Position numbers and translations under genes: made by a program. From a virus (lineage: Duplodnaviria > Caudoviricetes): 63,656 bases of DNA. Position 1 is the first letter of the stretch. Each line of letters starts with the position of its first letter. Shown here one piece after another: positions 37,352 to 45,808 of the stretch. The stretch lies in the IMG/VR virus record IMGVR_UViG_3300042992_000919, positions 1 through 63,656 of that record; one strand, written 5' to 3'. Below the pieces are notes generated by a model, which saw only the letters and a program-made list of their open reading frames with translations, was not told the DNA's origin and made no database searches.

Positions 37352-37882
37352 ATGGAACAGCACAGACTAGGTTTACACATTCCTGATATATTAAATCAAT
37401 GTGTAATGAAAATTGAAGATGTAAGTGACTATAGTGATCTAATGACTATAGATTGTGAACTATTACAGATCACTCCTCCTGGTTTTACTTTTGCTGTTCA
37501 TCTTAGAGATATCACTGAAGGATTTACAAAGATTATTAATGCTGAAGATCTAGAGTTAGGAATTGCTGGTGATCCTTTACCAGATGGTGTATATGTTATT
37601 AGATATAGTGTATCACCTAATGATAAAGTATATGTTGAATATAACTATCTTAGAACTTCAGTATTTCTTGATAAATATCATGCAGTATTATGTGATCTAG
37701 AATTAGCATCATGTGAACCTGAAAGAGAAATGAAAGAAAAGTTTAAAGAACTTAGAGATATTAAAATGATGTTAGATGCAGCCAAAGCAAAAGTTGAGGT
37801 TTGTCATTACATCACTGAAGGAATGGATCTCTATAATTATGCTTTAAAACTTCTTAATAAATTTGAATGTAAAAACTGTTAA
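37352..37882 (+). CDS. Structural protein (tail hub/fibre-docking-like)
   Basis: LPDGVYVIRYSVSP Ig-like part followed by helices with CxxC. Confidence 0.55.
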   Translation: MEQHRLGLHIPDILNQCVMKIEDVSDYSDLMTIDCELLQITPPGFTFAVHLRDITEGFTKIINAEDLELGIAGDPLPDGVYVIRYSVSPNDKVYVEYNYLRTSVFLDKYHAVLCDLELASCEPEREMKEKFKELRDIKMMLDAAKAKVEVCHYITEGMDLYNYALKLLNKFECKNC

Positions 37883-37894
37883 AACCAAATAGCT

Positions 37895-38092
37895 ATGAGT
37901 ACATGTCCAAATTGTGGTAAAAAATTATCATGCGGATGCCAAAAGACAAAAGCATCAGATGGTAGATTATGTTGTAATGGTTGTGTAGGATCATACAACA
38001 AAGCTTTAAGAGATAAAACTCCAAATACTAAAAGAGCAATATCATCAGTATCTGTTAATAGAAGAATAATTGATAGTCTAGATAATTTATAA
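37895..38092 (+). CDS. Small Cys-rich zinc-binding protein
   Basis: CPNC...CGC...CCxxC. Confidence 0.65.
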   Translation: MSTCPNCGKKLSCGCQKTKASDGRLCCNGCVGSYNKALRDKTPNTKRAISSVSVNRRIIDSLDNL

Positions 38093-38301
38093 TGGATAAT
38101 AAAACAATACATATCAATACAAAATTTGCTTCTGAAGTATATAAATATTTCTTAAGTAGGAGATATGGTATTGGTAGATGTTGTGATGATGAATTAGATA
38201 GATATTATACTAAGAAAGAAAATTGTGATCTATCTGATAAAATATTACCAGATTATTGTCAAGAAGAAATAGTTCCCCCTACACCTCCAGATTGTGGTTA
38301 A
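38092..38301 (+). CDS. Small Cys-containing protein
   Basis: 69 aa, TAATG-coupled. Confidence 0.65.
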   Translation: MDNKTIHINTKFASEVYKYFLSRRYGIGRCCDDELDRYYTKKENCDLSDKILPDYCQEEIVPPTPPDCG

Positions 38302-38341
38302 TTAATTAAAAGTTTTTGTATATTATAATATATATTATAGC

Positions 38342-39877
38342 ATGTTACCAACTAAATCAAATCATACTAAAGACGGATGTGTAGCAACTTCATCTAATTG
38401 TGTAATCTGGCAAGGTCCAGATATCACATGTATTAATTTATGTAAAGGAGATACCGTAAGTGATGTAGTAGCAAAACTTGCCACTGAACTTTGTGAGATA
38501 TTAGATTATGTAAATATTAGTACATATGATTTATCTTGTTTAGATTTATCTGTACAACCAACAACATTTGATGCATTAATTCAGTTAATAATTACAAGAT
38601 TATGTAATGCTGAAACTGCTATTGATAATATTAGTGGTGGTGGATCTGGTGGAAATGGAGGAAGTTCATCAATTTGTCCTGATAACTGCTTAGTAAATTT
38701 ACCTTCATGTTTAAGATATACAAATCCATCTACTGGTAGTTTGGTTACCACTAGTAGTCTGACAAATTTTGTTCAGCTATTAGGTAATAAAATATGTGAT
38801 TTACAAAATATAGTTGGAGCACAAGCTGATAGTATTGAAGATATATATAATACGCTTACAGAAATAGATGTAAGAATAGATAGTATTGAATCAAATATTA
38901 GCACTGTAAATATTAGTTGTATAAATAATCAAACAAGTACACAACTTGATACAGCTGTTGAATTAATTGCAAGTGCTCTTTGTGATTTAGAAGATAGTGT
39001 AGATTCACTAGGTGGATCAAATGTTGAAAGTGCTATTTTAAAAGAATGTAGTGGATTAGAATCTTCTTCTGTTTTAGTGGGTAGTGGAACAATGGGTGGA
39101 CTTAGTGGTTGGGTAAGTAATCCAACAACTATTGCAGATAGTTTATCAAATCTTTGGTTAACTGTTTGTGATATGAGAACAGCTATTCAAAATGTATTAA
39201 CAAATTGTTGTACATCTATTTGTAATGGACTTAGTGTATCAGTGGATGTAATATATAATTCCACCAATAATACTATTGAATTAAGTTTTACTGGAACAAT
39301 TCCAGTTGGATTAACAGCAAATCCTGCTATTACACAACTTACAATTACACAACCAGGCTATACAACAAGTGTTATATCTATAAATATTCAGAGTATAATA
39401 AATACTGCTAATATATATTCATTTATAAAACCAGCAGGATTGAATGAAAATGCAACATTTACTGTTTCAGGTTCATTTACTGCTCAATCTGCAGAAGATA
39501 ATTGTTCTACAGCAATAGTTGGAATGTATACTCCAACTTCTGGATGTCCAACTTTAACAGTAACACCTTCAAATACTTCTGTGGCATATTCATTCTTAAG
39601 AACTTCTTCTGTAACAGCATATGTAGTTACAGTTAGAAATTTAACTAATATAATTATAGCTCAACAAACATATCCAACTGGAGGATCTGTAGGAACTACA
39701 TCTAATACAGTTTCTGGATTAAGTTCTGGTCAAACATATACTATACAAATTGGTTATGATACAAGTGGTGGAGCTCGTTGGACATTTTGCCCAACATCTG
39801 AATTCACTACAACAATAAGTGACTGTGTATCAATAGCTACTGCAGATTCTTCAATAACAGTAACATTAAATCCATAA
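38342..39877 (+). CDS. Cys-rich segmented coiled-coil fibre with C-terminal Ig/FN3-like domains
   Basis: Repeated L-x-C-L...L-x-x-x-L-C-D units; VSGLSSGQTYTIQI FN3 signature. Confidence 0.65.
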   Translation: MLPTKSNHTKDGCVATSSNCVIWQGPDITCINLCKGDTVSDVVAKLATELCEILDYVNISTYDLSCLDLSVQPTTFDALIQLIITRLCNAETAIDNISGGGSGGNGGSSSICPDNCLVNLPSCLRYTNPSTGSLVTTSSLTNFVQLLGNKICDLQNIVGAQADSIEDIYNTLTEIDVRIDSIESNISTVNISCINNQTSTQLDTAVELIASALCDLEDSVDSLGGSNVESAILKECSGLESSSVLVGSGTMGGLSGWVSNPTTIADSLSNLWLTVCDMRTAIQNVLTNCCTSICNGLSVSVDVIYNSTNNTIELSFTGTIPVGLTANPAITQLTITQPGYTTSVISINIQSIINTANIYSFIKPAGLNENATFTVSGSFTAQSAEDNCSTAIVGMYTPTSGCPTLTVTPSNTSVAYSFLRTSSVTAYVVTVRNLTNIIIAQQTYPTGGSVGTTSNTVSGLSSGQTYTIQIGYDTSGGARWTFCPTSEFTTTISDCVSIATADSSITVTLNP

Positions 39878-39889
39878 TAAATTAAAAAT

Positions 39890-40924
39890 ATGAGTACAGG
39901 AACATGTAATCACGATCAACCTTGTGGATGTAACAATGATGAATTAACAACATTACCAGATCCATGTGATACCACTGATTGTACAGGTGAAGAATGTGAT
40001 CAGATAATTTATTGTAATTGTGTTAGATATGATGGAGATCCGATTCCTCAAATTGGTGCTCAACCAGGTGATTCATTATGTGATATTATTGCAGGTTTAG
40101 TTGATTTAGGTGGAGTACCTGGACAAAGAGGTGATGATGGAAGTGTAGGTGCTCAAGGTCCAGTTGGACCACAAGGTCCTATTGGTTTAACAGGACCTCC
40201 AGGTGATGATGGGGCAGATGGTGCAGATGGGGCAGATGGGGCTACAGGTCCAATAGGATTAACTGGTCCACAAGGTGATGCTGGTGATTATATTGTACAA
40301 ACTGTAGAACCACCTAGTAATAATTGTCCATCAGGAGGAATTAAAATTCAAGTAAAAGATGGTGTAACAAATAGTGTATTAAGTACACAATATTTATGTA
40401 ACCCATATTATAAAGGTTTATTTCTTGCAAGAGTTGGTAGTGCAAATCCAGTGGCTTCATTACCTAGTTTACCTGTTCCATCTACTCCAGAACAAACTGC
40501 TGTAATTGAAGGAACAATACAATTATTTCCAGGTTCAAATATTTCTCCATATACTGGAACAACATTAACTGGATACGATCCTGCAACAGGAATTTGGACT
40601 TGTCCAGCAACAGGTAGATACGATATAACTTTTTATGTACATTATACAGCTGCTACTGATTGGGATCCAAATCCTCATCGTGGGTATTTTGTTGCAGGAA
40701 TTTGTGGAGGTCCAGTTAATTCAAATGATGTTTATGTAGCTTCTACACATTATATTGGTTTAGATACTAAATATATTGAAATTTCTGGAGCCGTAGATTA
40801 TCAACCAATTAATGCAGGTAAACAATTATGTTTAAAAGTGATAAACTATTCAGATCAAGATTATACATCAAGAAATACTGATGTAGTTAAAATGTCAATT
40901 AGACAAGTACAAGTTGGATTATAA
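39890..40924 (+). CDS. Collagen-like fibre with a Cys-rich N-terminus and C1q/TNF-like head
   Basis: 20 uninterrupted GXY triplets; YDPATGIWTCPATGRYDITFYV resembles the gC1q signature. Confidence 0.7.
   Translation: MSTGTCNHDQPCGCNNDELTTLPDPCDTTDCTGEECDQIIYCNCVRYDGDPIPQIGAQPGDSLCDIIAGLVDLGGVPGQRGDDGSVGAQGPVGPQGPIGLTGPPGDDGADGADGADGATGPIGLTGPQGDAGDYIVQTVEPPSNNCPSGGIKIQVKDGVTNSVLSTQYLCNPYYKGLFLARVGSANPVASLPSLPVPSTPEQTAVIEGTIQLFPGSNISPYTGTTLTGYDPATGIWTCPATGRYDITFYVHYTAATDWDPNPHRGYFVAGICGGPVNSNDVYVASTHYIGLDTKYIEISGAVDYQPINAGKQLCLKVINYSDQDYTSRNTDVVKMSIRQVQVGL
40112..40291 (+). repeat. Collagen (GXY)20 repeat
   Basis: GVPGQRGDDGSV...GPQGDAGDY. Confidence 0.9.
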
Positions 40925-40956
40925 ATGAATTAAATAACCAAACAAAAAAATAAATC

Positions 40957-42012
40957 ATGATTATAGAATTAGATATAAATTGGACTTTTACAACTCCACT
41001 ACCAGTAACACCATATCCTATCGATATCTATTATAGATTAGTGGGTGAAACTGTTTATACTGTAACTTCTATTTCTAATGGAGAAAGTGAATCAGCTACA
41101 ATTACAGTATTATCAGATACATCTAATACAATCTCAAATAGAGACATTTCTTGTATATTAGATTATGAAGGTTATGTTGTACCAGTTTGTGCAAATAATG
41201 CTGTTGGTGAACGAGTGCCATTTTCTACAGTAGAAGAAGATCTTACAGATTTAATGCAATGTAGACAAATTAGAGGTACATGTGATGCTGGTGGTGTATT
41301 TTCAATTATACCAGATCCAAATCCATTATTAATATTTTCAACAGATGGTTCTGTTGAACCTGAATTAAATTATATATCAGGATCTGGAAATGCTACAAGT
41401 ATACCAGCAATTGATATTATTTGGACAACTCCTGCAGCTAGTTCTTCTACAATACAAGAAATTATTGTATATCCAAGTGGATGGCCTACTGTCCCTTCTT
41501 CTCCATATTATGATAATACCACTGTATTTTCAATAACCGGAGTTGCTGGTGATAAAATTACTCCAGTTACTATGACACCAACAGTTGGAATTGGATGTTG
41601 GGGAGAATATAATAGTTGCTATACTAATGATCCTGTAGATTCAGGAGTAACAAGAATTGATGAAGGTATAGTTTTATGTGTTGATAATCAAACTATTTTA
41701 GATTATGAAACATTGCTTACTTTTGGTGATGTAGCTGTAAATTCTGAATATTTTTGTTGTCAAAATTCAGAATGTAGAACATATCAGTTAATATGGGTTG
41801 GATCAGATAATTATCCATCTATAACAAGTATACAAATGCAATATATATCTGGAACAACAGGTGAAATTGCATTTCAATTTATAACTAGTAGTTCAGGATC
41901 TGTAAATATTAATGCAATTCCAGGAACAATAACAACTACTCTAAATTCTGGATTTATAGGTGCTTTTGCTGATGGTGCAGTAACAGTTCTTGAAATAGGC
42001 GTATGTTCTTAA
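40957..42012 (+). CDS. Acidic beta-rich structural protein
   Basis: 351 aa, last gene of the fibre operon. Confidence 0.6.
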   Translation: MIIELDINWTFTTPLPVTPYPIDIYYRLVGETVYTVTSISNGESESATITVLSDTSNTISNRDISCILDYEGYVVPVCANNAVGERVPFSTVEEDLTDLMQCRQIRGTCDAGGVFSIIPDPNPLLIFSTDGSVEPELNYISGSGNATSIPAIDIIWTTPAASSSTIQEIIVYPSGWPTVPSSPYYDNTTVFSITGVAGDKITPVTMTPTVGIGCWGEYNSCYTNDPVDSGVTRIDEGIVLCVDNQTILDYETLLTFGDVAVNSEYFCCQNSECRTYQLIWVGSDNYPSITSIQMQYISGTTGEIAFQFITSSSGSVNINAIPGTITTTLNSGFIGAFADGAVTVLEIGVCS

Positions 42013-42043
42013 TAATGTTACGTTTTGTTGGTTTTTCGTAACA

Positions 42044-42077
42044 AAGAATCCCCGGTTTTTCCGGGGTTTTCTTTTTT
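42044..42077 (+). terminator. Rho-independent terminator, preceded by a second hairpin at 42016-42043
   Basis: CCCCGG-TTTTT-CCGGGG plus TTTTCTTTTTT. Confidence 0.88.
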
Positions 42078-42088
42078 GATAAAAATCC

Positions 42089-42096
42089 TATATTTG
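42089..42096 (+). promoter_or_regulatory. Bacteroidota -7 element TATATTTG
   Basis: Between the terminator and the ATG at 42116. Confidence 0.55.
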
Positions 42097-42115
42097 TTTA
42101 ACCAAATATTTAAAA

Positions 42116-43294
42116 ATGAAAAATTTAGAACAAAATCTTTTAAAAATGATGAGGTGGAAGAAATCAAATGCTTACATCGCTAAAAAATTAAATATCACTG
42201 AATCTGAAGCAAAAAAGATTATGAGTGATTTTAAACTTAAAAGAAAAACATCCGAAGGTGTTATTGAATCTAAAGTTGATCTAGATAAGAATCAAACAGA
42301 ATTAAAAGGTATATCATTTGATGAACCTAAAACTCCAGAAGAAATAATAAAATTATTAAAGATAGATACATCAAAGTGGAAACTATCTTCTTATTGGAAT
42401 AAACAACAATCTGATCATTGGATAATATCTGCTCTAGTTACACAGAAGACACTTAGTAAAGAAGAAATCTTAACTGAGTGTCTTTCTAGTTTTAATCCAG
42501 AATATACTCCCTTAAAAAAATCAGATATTCATATAAATGATTCTAAAGAAGAAGTGTGTGCAGTAATATCATTACAAGATTTACATTTTGGAAAAACTGG
42601 TAATGAAGATGTTAAACATAGAATAAAATCTGTACTTAATAATCTATGTTCTACTCTCTACACTAATTATAAAGTAGATAAGATAATATACGTACTAGGA
42701 GGAGATCTATTAAATACAGATACATTTAATGGAACTACAACTTCAGGAACTGTTGTTGATTCATCTTATACAGCAGTTAAGATGTATGAAGAAGCATTTA
42801 ATACAATGTATTATACTATTCATAATCTAAAACAATTCTGTGATGTTCTTCATGTGGTATATATACCAGGTAATCATGATAGACTTAGTTCATTCCATTT
42901 AGCTCATGCATTAGAAAATTCTATTAGAGATGAGAAGATAGATTGGGATTGTCAATATTCAGAAAGAAAAGTGGCAACATATGGTATTAATATGTTTGGT
43001 GTTGAGCATGGTGATGTAAAAATAAATCCATTGATATATGCAACAGAGTTTCCAGAAATATGGGGACTCACTAAAAATAGAATAATATATACAGGACACT
43101 ATCATATTAAGAAAACAACAACATATATTACAGAAAATGAAATACATGGTGTTAGTGTAAAAGTCATTCCATCACTATCTAATGTAGATTATTGGCATTA
43201 TCATAATAAATATACAGGTGCTAAGAAAACAGCAGTGATGGATATTTATAGTCCCACTGAAGGAAAGATTGCAGAATACACAGTTTCATTTTAA
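42116..43294 (+). CDS. Calcineurin-like metallophosphoesterase with an N-terminal HTH
   Basis: DLHFG, GGDLLN, GNHD, EHGD and GHYH motifs; IAKKLNITE HTH-like start. Confidence 0.85.
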   Translation: MKNLEQNLLKMMRWKKSNAYIAKKLNITESEAKKIMSDFKLKRKTSEGVIESKVDLDKNQTELKGISFDEPKTPEEIIKLLKIDTSKWKLSSYWNKQQSDHWIISALVTQKTLSKEEILTECLSSFNPEYTPLKKSDIHINDSKEEVCAVISLQDLHFGKTGNEDVKHRIKSVLNNLCSTLYTNYKVDKIIYVLGGDLLNTDTFNGTTTSGTVVDSSYTAVKMYEEAFNTMYYTIHNLKQFCDVLHVVYIPGNHDRLSSFHLAHALENSIRDEKIDWDCQYSERKVATYGINMFGVEHGDVKINPLIYATEFPEIWGLTKNRIIYTGHYHIKKTTTYITENEIHGVSVKVIPSLSNVDYWHYHNKYTGAKKTAVMDIYSPTEGKIAEYTVSF

Positions 43295-43322
43295 AATATC
43301 CCTGTTTTTTAGTACATTATAT

Positions 43323-43904
43323 ATGAGATATTATAGCAAACCAGATCTTAATGCTCCTAGATATAGACATAAAAGATATAACATAATTAATGATGATTTT
43401 ATTAAAAGATTATATGAAAAATATCCTGAAGCAAAAAAATATAAATCAAAAGAAATAAGAAAAATTATAGGAGATTTAAATGAAAAGATGTGGAACACAA
43501 TAATAGATACAAGAGATGGTGTAGAATTACCAAGTAATCTCGGATGCATATTTATTGGTTCATGCCAAAGACCTACTAAATATAACAAAGACTTTAACAA
43601 ATCAAATTCTTATGATACAGATATAAGACATAGAAATTATGAAAGTGATGAAAAACTAGCTAAAATATTTTATAGCAACTATGCTAAAAAATATCTATTT
43701 AAAAATAGAGATCTATGGACTTTTACAGCTCATAGAAATTTTTCTAGAACTACATCAAAAAAATTTAAAGATAACTGGAATAGATACATACAAATAGATA
43801 AAACAAAACATATTACTTCAATAATGAAAAAAGAAAAATATAAGGAGTTGATTGCTAAGAGTAGTATTATTCCTGATGATTATAATGAATTTAAACTAGA
43901 TTAA
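43323..43904 (+). CDS. IHF/HU-like protein, second copy (start corrected to MRYYSKP)
   Basis: IIGDLNEKMWNTII...GVELPSNLGCIFI; precedes the tail genes as in crAss-like phages. Confidence 0.6.
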   Translation: MRYYSKPDLNAPRYRHKRYNIINDDFIKRLYEKYPEAKKYKSKEIRKIIGDLNEKMWNTIIDTRDGVELPSNLGCIFIGSCQRPTKYNKDFNKSNSYDTDIRHRNYESDEKLAKIFYSNYAKKYLFKNRDLWTFTAHRNFSRTTSKKFKDNWNRYIQIDKTKHITSIMKKEKYKELIAKSSIIPDDYNEFKLD

Positions 43905-43905
43905 A

Positions 43906-44580
43906 ATGACAACAATAGGTGATATTGTATCTAGACTAAGAGGTGTATTTAAAGCTAATACTGAAGATGCTTTCATAACAGATCGTTTATTCTATAGTAT
44001 TGTTTTAAAGTATGCTCATCTATATATAAAAAGAGATAAGCAAATAGATAAACTATTAGCATTTAGCTCAATGGTTCAAACTATTCCATGTTTAGAATTA
44101 ATTGAAGTAGATAAAGTAAGTGATAGATGTTGTGCTGGAATTAAAAGTAATTGTATAATAATGAGGAGTAAAGAAAGGATTCCAGATATTATTGAATCAA
44201 CAGTAGGTCCTCTATTTAGATCAGTGGCTAGTTTAGATAATTCAGTGGAGTTTACATTTACAACAGCTACAACTTTTACATCAATAAGTAAGACTACAAC
44301 TTTTAAATATAATTCTACAAAGTATTACTGGTATGTGGATGGTTATCTATATTTTCCTAATGTAAATTTTGATTTTGTAAAAGTAGAAGGATTATTTCAA
44401 AATGATCTAGGATTAATTTCTTGTGATGAAAAAGAAAATTGTCTAATAAAACAAGAAAATACAACATTTATTCCTGAGTATTTATTAGCAGAAATAGAAA
44501 ATTCTGTAATAAAAGAACTCTCAGTTAGATTACAAATACCAACGGATCAAGCAGATGATAAACAAAATGTAAATAGATAA
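43906..44580 (+). CDS. Tail ring/tubular protein
   Basis: 224 aa, YWYVDGYLY...VEGLF pattern; gene order. Confidence 0.65.
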   Translation: MTTIGDIVSRLRGVFKANTEDAFITDRLFYSIVLKYAHLYIKRDKQIDKLLAFSSMVQTIPCLELIEVDKVSDRCCAGIKSNCIIMRSKERIPDIIESTVGPLFRSVASLDNSVEFTFTTATTFTSISKTTTFKYNSTKYYWYVDGYLYFPNVNFDFVKVEGLFQNDLGLISCDEKENCLIKQENTTFIPEYLLAEIENSVIKELSVRLQIPTDQADDKQNVNR

Positions 44581-45449
44581 TGAGCAGCTTATATAATTAT
44601 ACAATTAAGTATAGAACAATTGACGATTTGTTGGAAGACATTAATGTAGATTTAATGAATCCAGCAATGGATAAGACAATTGAACCTCAACAACTTATTA
44701 AAGTTGCCATTAGGGTAAATTATGACTTAGGTTTAAGAATTCAAGAAACAAGAGAAAGAGTGCTTGAGATTGAAAATGGTAAAACCAAGTTACCCACTAA
44801 TTTTTACACTTTAAATTTTGCTGTATTATGTGGATCATATACAGTAACATCTCCAGTTATTCAAGGAACACAAGTGGAAGAAATATTAGTGGATCAAGGT
44901 AATTGTGGTGCTGATCCAGATTGTTCTGCACCTTATACTTGTTTAAATGACTGTGGAGGTTATGTACAATTAATTCAGAGATTTAAAACTGAAACTAGAA
45001 CTTATAATACAGTGTTTCCATTACATCTTACTTCATCTAAAGAAATAAGTTGTGATTGTCCTAATACTAAATTATCTGTTCAAACAAATAGCGGATATAT
45101 TAAAGATGGTTTTTTATATGTAAACTTTGATACAGGTAATGTATATATTAACTATCAAAGTACAATGGAAGATGAAGAAGGTAATCTATTAGTAGCGGAT
45201 CATCCTATTCTAAATGAATACTATGAATATGCTTTAAAACAAAGAATTATTGAGAATAGAATAATGATGGGAGATCAAACTTCCGTACCTCAATTACAAT
45301 TAGTGGAACAGAGATTAAGAGCTGCAAGAAACAATGCTTTATCATTAGTGAATACACCAAATTTTGCAGAATTAAAAAAGATTTGGGAAATGAATAGAGG
45401 AGCAATGTACAATAGATATTACGATATGTTTAAATCATATAAACCATGA
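44580..45449 (+). CDS. Tail ring/tubular protein
   Basis: YIKDGFLYVNFDTGNVYINY...DEEG pattern; upstream of the tail stabilisation gene. Confidence 0.7.
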   Translation: MSSLYNYTIKYRTIDDLLEDINVDLMNPAMDKTIEPQQLIKVAIRVNYDLGLRIQETRERVLEIENGKTKLPTNFYTLNFAVLCGSYTVTSPVIQGTQVEEILVDQGNCGADPDCSAPYTCLNDCGGYVQLIQRFKTETRTYNTVFPLHLTSSKEISCDCPNTKLSVQTNSGYIKDGFLYVNFDTGNVYINYQSTMEDEEGNLLVADHPILNEYYEYALKQRIIENRIMMGDQTSVPQLQLVEQRLRAARNNALSLVNTPNFAELKKIWEMNRGAMYNRYYDMFKSYKP

Positions 45450-45808
45450 GAATCTCAAAACTTTTTAATATAGACATATATTCTTGTAAAGTTCAACTTA
45501 TTGTAACAGATGATGTATATAATGAAGAAAAAACATTATATGCAAAGTATGGTGAAGACCCTGAAGAATATATTGCATCAGATGGTATTACATTAAATTT
45601 TGAAAATGATATCTATTATGTAGTTTTCTCCACTAATTCTGTATCGCATAATTTGATTGCTCATGAATTATATCATTTAGTATGTTCTATTTGTGATTAT
45701 AGAAATATTGAAGAAGAAGAAAGTAGAGCCTGGTTATGTGGATACCTTACAGAAATGTTTTATAAATTCTTAGATAAGAAAAATATCACTATTAAACATG
45801 GCTTCTAA
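45446..45808 (+). CDS. Small zincin-like metallopeptidase
   Basis: IAHELYH (HExxH) plus downstream EESRAW glutamate. Confidence 0.7.
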   Translation: MRISKLFNIDIYSCKVQLIVTDDVYNEEKTLYAKYGEDPEEYIASDGITLNFENDIYYVVFSTNSVSHNLIAHELYHLVCSICDYRNIEEEESRAWLCGYLTEMFYKFLDKKNITIKHGF

